A stretch of 64,000 bases of DNA from contig JANMAY010000055.1 in NCBI GenBank assembly GCA_031360095.1, forward strand, positions 175 to 64,174, written 5' to 3'. This stretch comes from Gemmatimonadaceae bacterium (GTDB lineage: Bacteria; Gemmatimonadota; Gemmatimonadetes; Gemmatimonadales; Gemmatimonadaceae). Under the pieces are notes generated by a model that was given only the letters and a program-made list of their open reading frames with translations, did not search any database and was not told where the DNA came from. Of the stretch, positions 30,481 through 39,996 are shown one piece after another. Made by a program: the position numbers and the translations under genes. How positions within the stretch are numbered: the stretch's first letter is position 1; every line of letters begins with the position of its first letter.

Positions 30481-31243
30481 CGCACGTGCCGTTGATGCCG
30501 AACGAGGTCACGGCTGCAACCACACTGCTCGTGCCGAGGAAGTTCGGTCCGCCGGAATCGCCGAAGCAGGTGCCGCCGGTCGAGGCGTTGTTCGACAGCA
30601 GGAGCGAGCCAGATCCTGTGAAGCCCGTGTTGATCTGGAGCAGATGCGGCTGCGCATACATGCGAATCTTCTGGGCCGTGATCTTCGCCGGGTTGATCTG
30701 CTGCAACCCATAGCCCACGGCGGTGAAGATCGTGCTGCTTCTCGGCTTCAACGCGTCCAGTTCTCCAACGCTCGGCAGACGTCCGTATGCGGACGCGGGT
30801 AGGTTGATTGCACTCGAGAGCTCGATCACGCCCACGTCGTGCAGATAGAACGCCGCTTCCGTGAACTGCGGATGTGAATGCCACGCGGTGGCCTCGACCG
30901 TGTTCGGGCCGGCGTACGGGTAGTTGTTGTTCCCGTTCTGCACATCGGATTCGGTGAACACACGCATTCCGCTGAATTCGCCCGGTTCACCGGTGCAATG
31001 GCCGGCGGTCAGCACGACTTTCGGCGAGAGGAGCGTCCCCGAGCAGCGGTACGCCGGACTTCCGCCGACGTCCATGATGATGAGAATGACGCCGGGATGC
31101 GCGGCGCCGTCGACGGTGCCGTTCGTGATCCGCGAGGCCTCCGCGGGTGGAGCGAACGGAGCAGACACCGACTGTTCACAGGCGGAAAGGAGCAGCAGCA
31201 AACCGGCCGCGGCAGCGGTTGGGAGCAGGGCGCGCGTTCTCAT
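30410..31243 (-). CDS. Trypsin-like serine protease (S1 family) lipoprotein
   Basis: 277 aa. The lipobox signal is MRTRALLPTAAAAGLLLLLSAC. The catalytic His motif is LTAGHC and the Ser motif is CFGDSGGP. A GGAGGG Shine-Dalgarno lies 5 nt upstream of the ATG. Confidence 0.85.
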   Translation of the reverse strand: MRTRALLPTAAAAGLLLLLSACEQSVSAPFAPPAEASRITNGTVDGAAHPGVILIIMDVGGSPAYRCSGTLLSPKVVLTAGHCTGEPGEFSGMRVFTESDVQNGNNNYPYAGPNTVEATAWHSHPQFTEAAFYLHDVGVIELSSAINLPASAYGRLPSVGELDALKPRSSTIFTAVGYGLQQINPAKITAQKIRMYAQPHLLQINTGFTGSGSLLLSNNASTGGTCFGDSGGPNFLGTSSVVAAVTSFGINGTCGGTGGVFRMDKSDVLSFVAQYLH

Positions 31244-31359
31244 GAATCCCTCCAGATTGTCGAATGCGCGCCGACAACGCCGTCACTGTGAGGGCAACTG
31301 GGTGCGCCAGCGATAATACGAGCGGCAGCGGCGATGAGCTAGTGGAGCCATGCTCGACC

Positions 31360-32400
31360 TCAGATCGCCCCCCTCCGTATGCCCAGCGCGACGATGGTCT
31401 CGATCAACTTTTCATACTTCATCCCCGCTTTCAGCGCCGATTGGGCAAACTCTTCCTTCTTGGCAATCTCCGGATTCGGATTCGCCTCGATGAAGTACGC
31501 CACCCCATCCGCCCGCAGGCGAAAGTCCAGCCGCGCGTACCCGTCCAGCGACAAGTTGCGATAGATCCGCCGCGCGACGGCCACGAGCTTCGCGCGAACG
31601 GTAGGATCCAGCTCTGCCACCCCCTCGGAAATACCGTGCTTCGACTGATAGTCCAGATTGTGCTTCACCCGCTGCGTCGCGATTGCCACCGCGCCCGGCG
31701 CGGTGTTCTCGAAGAACAATTCCCACGGCGGAAGAACGGTCAGCCGCTTGTTGCCAAACACTCCGACGTAAATCTCCCGCCCATCGATGAATTCCTCGAT
31801 CAGCGCGTCGCCAGTGACGCTCTCGTGGATGAACTTCACCCGTGTCTCGAGCTCCTCGTCGTTCCACACAACCGAGGCCTGCGCGATGCCAACCGACGAT
31901 TCCTCGGTCAGACTCTTCACGATCAGCGGAAAGGTGAGCGCTTTCGGCCGGCGAACGCGCCGTCCGGAATGCACGACATCGAACTTGGGGACGTGAATCC
32001 GGTGATACGTCAGGATCTTCTTCGCGAGTGACTTGTCGCGCGCGAGCACGAGACCGCGCGGATTGCATCCGGTGTAGGGCACGCGCAGCAGCTCGAGATA
32101 GCTCACGACGTGCTGGTCGAACTCCCGGAGGTCGAAGAACGCTTCCAGCATGTTGAACACGACGTGCGGCTTCCACTCCTCGACTTCGCGCCGAATGGGA
32201 GCCAGCTCCTCATGAATTTCGAGCGGACGCGCTTCGTGGCCGAGTGCGCGGAGGGTGGTGAGGACGTCGTTCTCGGTCTTGAAGGCATGGCGCTCCTGAT
32301 CGCTCAGACTCTTCAGATCATCGGGCGGCGTCATACCCGGCTCGATGAGCACGAGCACGCGGAGCGGCTTACGGCTGGTGCGGCGTCGAGTTGGGCTCAT
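31360..32400 (-). CDS. ATP-grasp enzyme of the D-alanine--D-alanine ligase-like family
   Basis: Long ORF 31360-33420 trimmed to the ATG at 32400 (MSPTRRRTSRKPLRVLVLIEPG...), which overlaps the stop of the upstream peptidase gene (ATGA). Ddl-like C-terminal motifs are EEFIDGREIYVGVFG and YARLDFRLRADGVAYFIEANPNPEI. Confidence 0.8.
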   Translation of the reverse strand: MSPTRRRTSRKPLRVLVLIEPGMTPPDDLKSLSDQERHAFKTENDVLTTLRALGHEARPLEIHEELAPIRREVEEWKPHVVFNMLEAFFDLREFDQHVVSYLELLRVPYTGCNPRGLVLARDKSLAKKILTYHRIHVPKFDVVHSGRRVRRPKALTFPLIVKSLTEESSVGIAQASVVWNDEELETRVKFIHESVTGDALIEEFIDGREIYVGVFGNKRLTVLPPWELFFENTAPGAVAIATQRVKHNLDYQSKHGISEGVAELDPTVRAKLVAVARRIYRNLSLDGYARLDFRLRADGVAYFIEANPNPEIAKKEEFAQSALKAGMKYEKLIETIVALGIRRGAI

Positions 32401-33404
32401 AAGGGAATCGAGACGCGTCGTCTGTACAGAAAGTGCACCGAGCGCACGGCCAACATGCCCGCGAAATCCATTAGCACCTTCTTGTCCGGGCCTGGCACGC
32501 GCAACTTCAACGCTCGGCTTCGTCCAACCATGTCTCGCAGCAACTGATCGATCGTGAACTCGGACTCGCCCGTCCAGCGAGCCACCAGCAGGCGGATTTC
32601 CTTGAGGTGCCGCTTGATGAAACGGGAGGCCAGCTCCCGGTGCGCATGTCGTGGCGCCTTTGAGAACACTCGACAGAGCTCGTTGTCGTACGTGCTCGGA
32701 TAGTCGACGGCGTAAAACGCGCGCTTCGCGTCGTAGTACTCGCGCAGGGTCGCCGACAGCTGGGATATGGGCGCGACACGCATGCGTGTATTCACCGGAG
32801 GTCGCTTCCCGTCGAGATCTTCGATCAGCGCGTCGACGTACTCCAACTTTCTGAGCGCTCCCCACCCTTCGTACCGCGTTCGCCACCGCGCGCGTGGCTG
32901 CATCCACACGGCGAAGGACTCGGCAAAATCCTCGTCCGGGTGCGCCTGCGCGTAGTACGCCCGAAGGTGCTGCACGTAGTTGCGGCTCGCGGGCTTGGGA
33001 CGATAGAACGTGGGATACTTCGTCGAGGACATGCCGAACAGCCGTTGATAGCTCGGGCGACGATGCAGCCGGTAGCCATGCTGCATCGCATGCCCTGCCT
33101 CGTGTCGCAGAATGCGCATGCATTCGGCCCTCGACGCGCCTTCGGCTTCGAGCATCATGCTCCGCTCGAGCCGAATCAGCCGTGGATGGACGAGGTAGAA
33201 CGGGATGCCGATGCCCGGCACATTGGTCGGAGAGAACCATTCGTCGGAGAGCCAGCAGTGCGGGCGGAGCGCGATGTCGCGCTTCTCGAGCTCCGCGTAC
33301 AACTGTTGGATGCACGACTCCACCCACGTACCATCGAGCGTGAGCCCGAGATCCTTGATCCGCACATCGAGCAACTCCTGCAGCGGCCACCGGTCCCATT
33401 TCAT
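32397..33404 (-). CDS. Putative zinc metallopeptidase (HExxH; Peptidase_Mx-like)
   Basis: 335-aa ORF with an HEAGH zinc-binding motif (ILRHEAGHAMQHGYRLH) and no signal peptide. It is translationally coupled to the ATP-grasp gene. Confidence 0.6.
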   Translation of the reverse strand: MKWDRWPLQELLDVRIKDLGLTLDGTWVESCIQQLYAELEKRDIALRPHCWLSDEWFSPTNVPGIGIPFYLVHPRLIRLERSMMLEAEGASRAECMRILRHEAGHAMQHGYRLHRRPSYQRLFGMSSTKYPTFYRPKPASRNYVQHLRAYYAQAHPDEDFAESFAVWMQPRARWRTRYEGWGALRKLEYVDALIEDLDGKRPPVNTRMRVAPISQLSATLREYYDAKRAFYAVDYPSTYDNELCRVFSKAPRHAHRELASRFIKRHLKEIRLLVARWTGESEFTIDQLLRDMVGRSRALKLRVPGPDKKVLMDFAGMLAVRSVHFLYRRRVSIPL

Positions 33405-33523
33405 TCAGGCAAGCTCGCATGGGAGAGTGCCAGCGGCAACGTGATGGGGGTGAAGGACGACGGACCCGACCTGCACCCCACCCGACTCTGGCGCCCTATC
33501 CCGAGCAGTCCTACCTTCGCGAC

Positions 33524-36157
33524 GTGAGCTCCACCGAGATCCCCGACCACCTTCAGCAAGCGCTCGGCACCGCGTACACGATTGAGCGCGAGCTCGGTGG
33601 CGGCGGCATGAGCCGCGTCTTCCTGGCCGATGAAGCCGCCCTTGGCCGAAAGGTCGTCGTGAAGGTGCTGCGCCCCGAGCTCGCCGGCGATCTGTCCGCC
33701 GAGCGGTTCAAGCGCGAGGTGCGCCTTGCTGCGCGGTTGCAGCACCCGCACATCGTACCCCTTCTCGCTGCGGGCTCGCTCGACAGCGGGCTGCTCTACT
33801 ATACGATGCCGCTGGTCGAGGGCTCCACACTGCGCGGTCGACTCGAGCACGAAGGCGCACTGCCGATCGCCGATGTGGTACGCATCGTGTCCGACGTCGC
33901 CAGCGCGCTCGCGTACGCGCACCGCGCCGGTGTCGCCCATCGCGACATCAAGCCCGAGAATATTCTGTTGTCCGACGGTGGCGCCGTCGTCACCGACTTC
34001 GGCATCGCGAAGGCGATCAGCGCCGCGCGGACCACGTTGAGCGATAGCGACGCGCGAAGCAGCGCAACACTCACCGCCGCGGGCACGTCGCTCGGCACTC
34101 CCGCGTACATGGCGCCAGAGCAGGTGGCCGGCGACGCAACGGATCATCGTGCCGATCTCTATGCCATCGGCGTCATCGCGTACGAAATGCTCTGTGGCCA
34201 TGCGCCGTTCGAAGGACGAAACGCGCAGCAGCTCATGGCCGCGCACGCGACGCAGTCCCCCGAGCCGCTCGTGAAGCGACGCGCCAGCGTTCCGCCTGCA
34301 CTCGCGGCGCTCGTCATGCGGCTGCTCGAGAAGAATCCGGCCGATCGGCCGCAGTCCGCCGACGAGGTGCGCCAGGCCCTCGATGAGACTGCGGCGCCAC
34401 CGCGTATGCTCGTGCCGTGGACCGGAGAGCGGCACGTCGCCGTCAAGCGAAAGCCGTGGTGGATGGTGCCGTGGGCACTGCTCGCGGCAACGCTGGTGTT
34501 CGCGGCGATGTACCGGGCCAACGTCCCGCGCAGCGACCGCGCGATCGTCGTATCCTTTACCGCTCCTCCCGGCCAGGAACTCCGCCCCGCGAACAACGCC
34601 GCGTTCTCGCCGGACGGTACCCGGCTCGCGTTCGTCGCGACGGACGCGCAGGGACGATCATCCATCTGGGTGCGCTCGCTCGACAGCACCCAGGCAGTGC
34701 GCATCGACCATACCGACGGCGCGACGTGGCCCACGTGGTCCCCGGACGGTTTGACGCTCGGATTCTTCGCTGACGCGCAGCTCAAGATCATCGATTTGCG
34801 CGGCGGCGCGGCGCGCTCGTTGTGTCCGTCCGCGTTCGTCGTGGGTGCGACATTTACCAGCGACGATGTCATCGTGTACGCACCATCGGTGTTTGGTTCG
34901 CTCTACAAAGCCTCGGTCAAGCATGGCGACTGCAAGCCGCTGACCAAGCTCCGACTTGGCGACGGCGATCACCGCCGTCCGTCCGCCCTTCCCGATGGCC
35001 GAGTGCTCTTCAGCAGCGTCGTCACGAATACGGCGCTCGCAGCGAATCTTGCTTCCGGAGCGATCGTCGAGATCCGACGTCCGGGGCGCGATGCGCAGTT
35101 CGTCGCTCCCGACTGGATGCTCTACTATGACACCGACAACGGCCCGCTGTACGCGCAACGACTCGATCTCGCAACCCTGAAACCACGCGGGGAGCCGCAA
35201 ATTGTCGCCGAGCACGTTTCGACGGTGAACGGACGGTTCGCGCGATTCGCGGCCTCGCCATCGGCGCTTCTCTTCGAGCAAACGTCAGCGTCCGCGACAA
35301 AGCTCCATTGGGTCGATCGCCAGTCGCTGCTCCGCGATTCGGTCTTGGCGCCGGCGGATGCGCAATCGTTCGCCGTATCGCACGACGGACGCCGTATCGT
35401 CTTTGGTGGGCTCGGACTTTCGCTGTACGACCGCGATCGGAATGTGACGACGCGTCTCGCGTCGCAAACGGTGCGAAATCAGCTCTCGTCCGATCCGGCC
35501 TGGGATCCGGGTGACACGCTGATCGCGTACCGCACGTCGTTCGAGGGAACGCCTACACTCAATATCATCAACGTCGCCACCGGCAAAGTCGATTCACTCA
35601 TCGCGCTGCCTCGCCGCATTCCCTTCCGGCCGAGCTGGTCTCCCGACGGACGACACCTGGCGATCACGTTTCGCCCTGGAGATCTCGGAGCGTACGAAGA
35701 GTTGTGGATCTATTCGTTCGCCACGCACACAGCCACACGCGCGTTCGATCCGAAGGGCAATCTCGCCTCGCCGGCATGGTCTCCCGACGGGGGGTGGCTT
35801 GCCTACGAGTCGGACGAGAGCGGAGCGTCCGAGGTCTATGTTCGCCCCGTGACCGGTCAGAGCGCACCCATCCGAGTGTCGAACGCAGGCGGCCAGTTTC
35901 CACACTGGCGTGGCGACGGAAAATCAGTGTACTACCGTGCGCCAGACGGATCGATCATGGAAGTCGCGGTCACGCGAGGACGCTCGCTCGGACTGTCGAC
36001 ACCCGCCCTCGCGGTCGCACGCGCGCCGTTTTCATTTTCCGCCGCAAACAGGGCCTTCGCGGTCACACCGAACGGCGAGCAATACATCGCCTTCGCGCGC
36101 GGCGACGCGCCTGTATTCACACTCATGCTCAACTGGCAAGCGCGCCTGCACCGATAA
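33524..36157 (+). CDS. Ser/Thr protein kinase with single transmembrane segment and C-terminal TolB-like beta-propeller
   Basis: ORF 33419-36157. Kinase motifs are GGGGMSRVF, HRDIKPENILL, DFGIAK and YMAPE. A transmembrane helix (WWMVPWALLAATLVFAAMY) is followed by repeated FSPDG/WSPDG propeller blades. A GTG at 33524 is preferred over the ATG at 33419, because the latter leaves only 14 nt to the divergent peptidase gene. Confidence 0.85.
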   Translation: MSSTEIPDHLQQALGTAYTIERELGGGGMSRVFLADEAALGRKVVVKVLRPELAGDLSAERFKREVRLAARLQHPHIVPLLAAGSLDSGLLYYTMPLVEGSTLRGRLEHEGALPIADVVRIVSDVASALAYAHRAGVAHRDIKPENILLSDGGAVVTDFGIAKAISAARTTLSDSDARSSATLTAAGTSLGTPAYMAPEQVAGDATDHRADLYAIGVIAYEMLCGHAPFEGRNAQQLMAAHATQSPEPLVKRRASVPPALAALVMRLLEKNPADRPQSADEVRQALDETAAPPRMLVPWTGERHVAVKRKPWWMVPWALLAATLVFAAMYRANVPRSDRAIVVSFTAPPGQELRPANNAAFSPDGTRLAFVATDAQGRSSIWVRSLDSTQAVRIDHTDGATWPTWSPDGLTLGFFADAQLKIIDLRGGAARSLCPSAFVVGATFTSDDVIVYAPSVFGSLYKASVKHGDCKPLTKLRLGDGDHRRPSALPDGRVLFSSVVTNTALAANLASGAIVEIRRPGRDAQFVAPDWMLYYDTDNGPLYAQRLDLATLKPRGEPQIVAEHVSTVNGRFARFAASPSALLFEQTSASATKLHWVDRQSLLRDSVLAPADAQSFAVSHDGRRIVFGGLGLSLYDRDRNVTTRLASQTVRNQLSSDPAWDPGDTLIAYRTSFEGTPTLNIINVATGKVDSLIALPRRIPFRPSWSPDGRHLAITFRPGDLGAYEELWIYSFATHTATRAFDPKGNLASPAWSPDGGWLAYESDESGASEVYVRPVTGQSAPIRVSNAGGQFPHWRGDGKSVYYRAPDGSIMEVAVTRGRSLGLSTPALAVARAPFSFSAANRAFAVTPNGEQYIAFARGDAPVFTLMLNWQARLHR

Positions 36158-36221
36158 ATGTATTGCCCTTCCTCGCCGACCTCATTAGCGTTGTGGCGCC
36201 CACCCAAGGAGCCCCGCGCGC

Positions 36222-37610
36222 ATGCTGTTCCCCCACCGCGCCGCAAGCCTCGTATTGCTCTGTTGTTGTACCGTCGGCGCGATCTCCTACTCGCGTGAGC
36301 GGCGCGTACCGGTCGTCCCGGTCGCGCCGCGTCTCGTTGAGACGACGCTCATCGCGGCACCCACTCGGCTGTCCCTGCTCCCGGGCGTGCAAACGGACGC
36401 CGACGCCTACAATGGACAGGTGCCCGGGCCGACGCTCGAATTTCGCGAAGGGGATCACGTCGTCATCCACTTTCGCAACGCGCTCCCAGAGTCGACGACC
36501 GTGCACTGGCATGGTCTGCACATTCCCGTGAGCTCGGATGGAAGCCCCTTTCAACCCGTGCCCCCAGGCGGATCACGCGACTACGTCTTCGACGTTCCCA
36601 CCGGCAGCGCGGGAACGTACTGGTATCATCCGCATCCGCATCATCGCACCGCCTATCAGGTCGCGAGAGGTCTCTACGGCGCGATCATCATTCGCGCTCC
36701 CGATGATCCGCTCCCGGCGTCGATGACCGAGCGGTTGATCCTGCTCTCCGACAATCGCTTTCGCGAGGATGGCTCGATCGATTTGCCCACGGATCATCAT
36801 GCCGGCGCGCGACTCGACGCGGAAAATGGTCGCGAAGGCGACGTGCTCTTCGTCAATGGGCAGATCAAGCCAACACTCACGATCAGAAGCGGCGAGGTGC
36901 AGCGCTGGCGCATTGTGAATGCCTCGGGCGCCCGCATCTACAAGCTCGCTCTGCCCGAGCAGACGCTGCTCCAGATAGGCACAGATGGCGGACTGTTCGA
37001 GCGTCCCGTCGAACAGTCGTCGATCCTGCTTGCGCCCGGCGAGCGCGCGGAGGTGCTCGTGCGCGGAACCGCAGCGCCAGGCACGCACACCGTGCTCCTG
37101 ACACTTCCCTACGATCGCTACATCCCGCAGACGAAGCCGGGCAACTGGAATCTGTCGCGCGAGCTATTGTCGTTGGACTACACGGATGAGGCGCCCGTTG
37201 CACCCATCGCGATCCCGCAGCGGCTGCGCGTCGTTCCCGCCCTCGACACATCGAAAGCCACCGCGCACAGAGTGATGGCGCTGAGCCAGCACATGATCAA
37301 CGGCCGCAAAATGAAACTGCGGCGGTCCGATGTGCGGACGCGCCTTGGAACGACGGAGATCTGGGAGGTGGAGAATCTCGTCGGCATGGATCACCCGTTC
37401 CACTTGCACGGCTTCCAATTCCAGGTGCTCGACCGCAACGGAGTGCCGGAGCCGTATCGCAGTTGGAAAGACGTCGTGAACGTGCCGAAGCACGAGCGAG
37501 TGCGCTTCATCGTGCGCTTTCTCGACCACCCGGGGAAGTGGATGTTTCACTGCCACATCCTCGACCACGAGGATCATGGCATGATGGGCGTGCTCGAAGT
37601 TCAACCCTGA
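36222..37610 (+). CDS. Multicopper oxidase
   Basis: 462 aa. Copper-binding motifs are HWHGLH, HPFHLHG and HCHILDHEDHGMM. Confidence 0.85.
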   Translation: MLFPHRAASLVLLCCCTVGAISYSRERRVPVVPVAPRLVETTLIAAPTRLSLLPGVQTDADAYNGQVPGPTLEFREGDHVVIHFRNALPESTTVHWHGLHIPVSSDGSPFQPVPPGGSRDYVFDVPTGSAGTYWYHPHPHHRTAYQVARGLYGAIIIRAPDDPLPASMTERLILLSDNRFREDGSIDLPTDHHAGARLDAENGREGDVLFVNGQIKPTLTIRSGEVQRWRIVNASGARIYKLALPEQTLLQIGTDGGLFERPVEQSSILLAPGERAEVLVRGTAAPGTHTVLLTLPYDRYIPQTKPGNWNLSRELLSLDYTDEAPVAPIAIPQRLRVVPALDTSKATAHRVMALSQHMINGRKMKLRRSDVRTRLGTTEIWEVENLVGMDHPFHLHGFQFQVLDRNGVPEPYRSWKDVVNVPKHERVRFIVRFLDHPGKWMFHCHILDHEDHGMMGVLEVQP

Positions 37611-37628
37611 CAAACACAGGAGGCCAGC

Positions 37629-38267
37629 GTGCTACGTTCGTTCAGCAGGTCCTTTCGGTACGCCGGATTGCTGGTTCCGGTCATCCTACTCGTCGCATGG
37701 GTTCCTCGTGCGCGAACTAGCGGCGAGGGTGACGCCGCCCACAACAAGCAAATTTTGCGTGGACGGCAAATGGTGCTCGAGCACGGATGCGCCGATTGTC
37801 ATGGCGGCGGGCCAAATCCGGCGGCTGATGGATATCTGTCCGGCATGCGCACCCCGGACCAGGAATTTCCCATCGGGCCGTTCAAAACGCGGCCGCGCAA
37901 CATCACGCCGGATAACACCACCGGAATTGGCCGCTTTACGGATCGGCAGATCTTCAACGCCATTCGGTTCGGCCTGCGACCGGGGGAGACGCCCGACGTG
38001 ACGATCACCTCCACCACCCCCGGCAAGGGGAATTTTCCGGAGAACCCGAAATACCTGGCGCCGCCGATGCCATGGCCAGCGTTCCGCCACATGTCGGACG
38101 CGGACATTCGGGCCATGGTGGCGTACTTGAAACGCGGCGTGAAGCCGGTCAGCAATCGCGTCGCGGACAGCGAAGGCCCGCCGGACTTCTGGGCAAGTGC
38201 GTATACGCCCGAGAAGATTGGCCCATACCCCGCGGTACCGTTTCCGTCGAAAGCGGAGCAGCCCTGA
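37629..38267 (+). CDS. Membrane-anchored c-type cytochrome
   Basis: 212 aa with a GTG start 18 nt after the multicopper oxidase stop. It has an N-terminal hydrophobic anchor and the single heme motif CADCH. Confidence 0.75.
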   Translation: MLRSFSRSFRYAGLLVPVILLVAWVPRARTSGEGDAAHNKQILRGRQMVLEHGCADCHGGGPNPAADGYLSGMRTPDQEFPIGPFKTRPRNITPDNTTGIGRFTDRQIFNAIRFGLRPGETPDVTITSTTPGKGNFPENPKYLAPPMPWPAFRHMSDADIRAMVAYLKRGVKPVSNRVADSEGPPDFWASAYTPEKIGPYPAVPFPSKAEQP

Positions 38268-38284
38268 CGTTGGTGGCTGGCGGG

Positions 38285-38315
38285 AGACCTGCTCTCCGAT
38301 AGCGAGAGCAGGTCT
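38285..38315. terminator. Hairpin between convergent genes (possible bidirectional terminator)
   Basis: A perfect 12-bp stem, AGACCTGCTCTC / GAGAGCAGGTCT, with a 7-nt loop. It lies between the cytochrome c stop (38267) and the DUF4440-like gene stop (38337). There is no strong T-tract. Confidence 0.4.
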
Positions 38316-38336
38316 TACGTCTGTGTCGGGAGCGCT

Positions 38337-38846
38337 CTACTGCGGCACGTCCGACAGATGCTCCTGGATGATCACCCACTTCCCCGCACGGCGCTGAAAC
38401 ACCGCCGTCCACGCTCCCGCAATCACGTGAGGCACGCCGCGCGGAGTGAGATGCGGAACGCGATACGTCGTCGTCACGACCGCCGCGTCGCGAGCCAACA
38501 CGTCGACATGCATCGCGCCCCACGTCCACTTCGGGTCACGCATGTTCTTGCCGACATTGTCCCAAAAGGCGCGCACCCCCGCCTCGAGCGAATCGCGCGA
38601 CACGGATACCTGCCCTCCACTCGCCGAGACGATGGTGCCGGTGGACGGGTACAGGCTCATCAATCGAGCGACGGCGTCACCGGGTTTGGTCAGGTCGTAC
38701 GCCGCTGCGATCTCTCTCCGAAGCGTGTCGGCGATCGCGTCGCGCTCTGCCCCAGTGAAAGCGCGCTCGTCGGACCGAGCGCACCCGGTCAGCGATACCA
38801 TCGCCAGCACGAGTGCGACAACCATTCTGTGTTGTTTTGACGACAT
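38337..38846 (-). CDS. SnoaL/DUF4440-like (NTF2 fold) lipoprotein
   Basis: 169 aa. The lipobox is ALVLAMVSLTGC. The C-terminal AGAWTAVFQRRAGKWVIIQEHLS is typical of DUF4440/NTF2-like domains. Confidence 0.55.
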   Translation of the reverse strand: MSSKQHRMVVALVLAMVSLTGCARSDERAFTGAERDAIADTLRREIAAAYDLTKPGDAVARLMSLYPSTGTIVSASGGQVSVSRDSLEAGVRAFWDNVGKNMRDPKWTWGAMHVDVLARDAAVVTTTYRVPHLTPRGVPHVIAGAWTAVFQRRAGKWVIIQEHLSDVPQ

Positions 38847-38983
38847 GATGTCCCCGCTTGCGGACAGTGATGGGCACCCTCACGGGCAACGGCATTTGGC
38901 GCAAGGAATGCAGCGTTGCGGACGCGCGCGACGCACACAACATTGTACACCGCAAGCATCGCGTCACCCCGAGGACCTTCAAA

Positions 38984-39634
38984 ATGCGGACGCATCGGAC
39001 AGTCGCCACGCTCTCGCTCGCCCTTCTTGTCGGCGCATGCGACAAGCGGCAGGAGCCCACCGCCGAACTCCCCAGCGATCTGCAGCGCGACCTCGCCGCA
39101 GCCTCGGCATCGGGAAGCGAGCTGGCATCGGCGCCGCGCAGCTATCAGCGCGCACGATTCGTCTCCGACGTCGAGCGATGGAAATCGAGCGCGCCAGTCA
39201 AGCGGACGGTCACGGTTCACCATCACGCCGCTCAGCCTGCTGTCAGCGAACAGCCCGCGGCCGAGTCGACAACCGATGTCGCGCCTGAACCGGTCGTGAC
39301 CGCATCGGCGAGTCCCGCTCCAGTCGCAACCGAGGCAGCGCCGGTGCTCGATGCCGCCGTTGGCGACGCGCCACCTCCATACCATGGTCCCTCCAGCGCG
39401 CCGTCGGGTTCCACGTCCGAGGGCCCGATCATCGAGCGCGGCAACGGCGGTGGCGGCTTGGGCGGAATGCTCGGCGGCATCATCGGCGCGGTGGTCATCC
39501 GCGGTGGTCACGGCGGCATCGACAAATGCGATCCGCGCACCGATGGACGCCGGCCCACACTCACCGGGCGCCCCGACTTCCGCGATCCCATGCCGCTCAC
39601 GCCACCCATGTTCCCCGGTCGGCGCGGCCTGTAG
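38984..39634 (+). CDS. Hypothetical lipoprotein with proline/alanine-rich middle and glycine-rich C-terminal segment
   Basis: ORF 38858-39634 trimmed to the ATG at 38984 (MRTHRTVATLSLALLVGAC lipobox). The glycine-rich hydrophobic stretch is GNGGGGLGGMLGGIIGAVVIRGGHGG. I recognise no family. Confidence 0.45.
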   Translation: MRTHRTVATLSLALLVGACDKRQEPTAELPSDLQRDLAAASASGSELASAPRSYQRARFVSDVERWKSSAPVKRTVTVHHHAAQPAVSEQPAAESTTDVAPEPVVTASASPAPVATEAAPVLDAAVGDAPPPYHGPSSAPSGSTSEGPIIERGNGGGGLGGMLGGIIGAVVIRGGHGGIDKCDPRTDGRRPTLTGRPDFRDPMPLTPPMFPGRRGL

Positions 39635-39659
39635 CCGTCAGGGCACGACGGGTGACCGC

Positions 39660-39980
39660 CTAGTCAACATGGAACACCTCTCGCAGCGCCACGCTGCGAG
39701 GGCTGTCGTCCGGATTGGTCGGCATGAGATCGCGCATGTGCGACCACCACCGTTTGCACACGTCGGTGCGCGCGATGGCGTCCCACCGCGCTTCGTCCTC
39801 GACCTCCACGTAGCCGAACAAACTACCGTCGCTCTCGTCGAGGAAGATGGAATAGCGGTGCGCACCGTGCGCGCGCAGCACGTCCTCCAGCTCGGCCCAG
39901 ATGGGATTGTGCCGACGTGCGTATTCCTCGCGGCTGCCGGCGTAGACGGCCATCCGGAAAGCCTTTCGCATCGGGGTCAT
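39660..39980 (-). CDS. rhaM: L-rhamnose mutarotase
   Basis: ORF 39660-40100 trimmed to the ATG at 39980, giving 106 aa. The sequence [49 protein letters not shown]...[10 protein letters not shown] matches the RhaM/YiiL family pattern and size. Confidence 0.85.
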   Translation of the reverse strand: MTPMRKAFRMAVYAGSREEYARRHNPIWAELEDVLRAHGAHRYSIFLDESDGSLFGYVEVEDEARWDAIARTDVCKRWWSHMRDLMPTNPDDSPRSVALREVFHVD

Positions 39981-39996
39981 CAGTTCAGGCTCTGAG

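Noticed and set aside
31360-33420. Single 686-aa ORF spanning the ATP-grasp and peptidase region
   Set aside because: Only its C-terminal 346 residues (from the ATG at 32400) look like a real protein. The N-terminal part is Arg/Ala-rich and overlaps, in another frame, the HExxH peptidase ORF, which has a coherent sequence and an ATGA junction.
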